In this document: piece after piece, positions 62,196 to 64,000 of the stretch
Layout: every line of letters starts with the position of its first letter
How positions within the stretch are numbered: position 1 is the first letter of the stretch
Assembly: GCF_037042905.1 (NCBI RefSeq)
Contig: NC_087257.1
Coordinates: 15,066,001 to 15,130,000 of the forward strand
DNA: 64,000 nucleotides
Reading direction: 5' to 3'
From: Lytechinus pictus
Lineage: Eukaryota
Notes under the pieces: generated by a model
Database searches by the model: none
Seen by the model: only the letters and a program-made list of their open reading frames with translations
What the model was told of the DNA's origin: nothing
Made by a program: the position numbers and the translations under genes

Positions 62196-62510
62196 TTATC
62201 TTCTTCCTGTTACTGCAGGCAAACTCCTTAATCGGGATATAATTGCTGCAGGCGTGTGTGGCTAGTGATGAATTTGAATTAATGATGTTCCCCCCGGATG
62301 AAAGTAGACATTTGAATTTTGTTTAGCCTTGTCTTAAAACCATCGACCGATTTAGCTTCATGTATGTCTACTGGTAGCAGATTCCATTCTGCTATAGTCC
62401 TTGGAAGGAAAGAGTACTTGAAGCAGTCTTTTTCGGTTGTTGGTTGGGAGAAAGAGATAGACGATGATTTCTGTGTCCTGACAAAATTTTGAGAGGGAGT
62501 TGCTTTATTG
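62196..62510 (-). mobile_element. 3' end of CR1/L2-group LINE (ORF2 C-terminus and 3'UTR)
   Basis: KDCFKYSFLPRTIAEWNLLPVDIHEAKSVDGFKTRL, then a CTGCAG-bounded stem-loop and GAAGAAGA tail. Confidence 0.8.
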
Positions 62511-62614
62511 AAAAAAACATTGAATCAATAGAACATTGATTGAATGGTTGATATTTACGTGGTCTACTGGTGGTACTTTTCAGATAGCCAACTATCACAT
62601 GGGCTAAATCCACT

Positions 62615-62929
62615 GGCCCGTATTCTGAAGTCAGGTTAACTTAGACCACGGTCTAACTCTGTGCCAAAATTATGGGAAGCCAAACGTTTCAAAATTTTGT
62701 TTACAGTGAATGCTTCTCATGGTAACTGTGCTCTTCACAAATTATTTAATGGTAAAGACAACTGTCATACTTATCCTTCCCAGACGGTTAATAATGTTTT
62801 TGGAGTCAAATAAGCTGATCAATGCATTGAACCTCTACTGTTATAGATTTATGTAACAACTGGCTTTCCATAGTTAAACCACAACTTAAAACCAGAGTTT
62901 AAATTAAACCTGACTTCAGAATACGGGCC
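62615..62929. mobile_element. MITE (relatives at ~48658-48970 and ~56480-56780)
   Basis: TIR GGCCCGTATTCTGAAGTCAGGTT. Confidence 0.8.
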
Positions 62930-64000
62930 ATTTGGTCTAACTGCTGTTTGGTCTTTGTCTAATATTTATTTGGTTCACAACCTGTCCATTTGGTTTATTT
63001 TCATTTGGTCTAATGCCAATTCGTCCAATTGCCAACTCGTCTGCTATTGTTTGGTCTACCTTCAATTCGTCCACTATCCACATTGTCTAATTGCCATTTC
63101 GTCCACTCACCATTTTGAGTAATAAGCAGTTGGTCCAATGGCCATTTAGTCCATATACCATTTGGTCTAATTAGAATAATGACAATAAAATAGGTATTAG
63201 ACCAACTGATTATGAGAAGAAAATGGTCATAGACGAGCTGGTGATTACGCAAAGTGATGATTGGACCAAATGGTTGATAGATAAAATGTTGGACGGAATG
63301 GCATTAGACTAAATGAAGCTAGACCATATGCTGAGTGGACGAGTTGGAAATAGATGAACTGGCAATTTACCGTCCATTTAACCATATAGACTAAGTGAAG
63401 TTAGTCCAAGTGGATATTGGAAATTAAATAAAATTGAAAATGGGATTAATGGCAGCAATGAGACTAATAGTAGATGAACTGGCTGGAGACAAGGTAGGAT
63501 TAGACCATGTGAAATAAGACCAAATGGAAAGTAAGTAGAAGCAGGTGTTAGTAGACCAAATCACTTTGCAGTTTGAATGAATAATCAAGAAACACTGTAA
63601 TACCATTATTTGGTTGAACACAACATGACAATGACGGCAAAAACCTAATAGTAGGTGGCACTGAAAGCAGCATCAATATTTGGTTGAAAACATTGGTGTG
63701 AATACCATTTGAATCCTTGAGCAAAACGGTCTCACATCTCATCATTTCCTACAACCAGGCGAAGGGGGGGGGGGGGGTGGTTTCACTTAACAGTCAGTAG
63801 CGTACAGTACACATGTATAATGCGTCAACGCATTTGTCAGATCATGCGCTCTACCGCATATCCCTCAATCAGATTATGCGTTAAATAACGTGTGAACGTC
63901 GGTGTTTGAGCACGACTAAGTCTCTCTTAACTTTTTGTGAAATACCCCCCCCCCCCCAGGTTCTTCAAGTATATCAGTACAAACTATCCAATAGTCCATA

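Noticed and set aside
62392-62613. 73-aa ORF as a host exon
   Set aside because: Another frame gives the LINE ORF2 C-terminal motif YSFLPRTIAEWN.LP.

Overview
AT-rich, repeat-dense animal genomic DNA with spliceosomal introns. It is most likely a sea urchin/echinoderm, inferred from echinoidin-like lectins and HYR/Sushi receptors. Contents: (1) the 3' part (10 exons, +, 457-11246) of a single-pass pentraxin/EGF/TSP1/Sushi/GCC2-GCC3 (SVEP1-like module) membrane protein; (2) a complete 15-coding-exon adhesion GPCR on the - strand (52637->14760, ~872 aa, all splice phases consistent by hand): signal peptide - W-R8 - HYR - Sushi - HRM - GAIN/GPS - 7TM; (3) two tandem echinoidin-like C-type lectin genes nested antisense in aGPCR intron 8; (4) a nested TE stack in aGPCR intron 3. 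The stack is a 7.55-kb two-gene PIF/Harbinger inserted into the splice donor itself. It carries a young non-autonomous Gypsy-type LTR element (identical 393-bp LTRs, tRNA-Leu PBS, decayed RNase H, 50-bp tandem array) and lies beside a cognate Harbinger MITE. A second aGPCR donor is supplied by a MITE terminus. There are also many hAT/Kolobok/CWG-type MITEs, HINE-like elements, SINEs, a LINE 3' end and two N gaps. All calls come from reading and hand translation; no searches were run.
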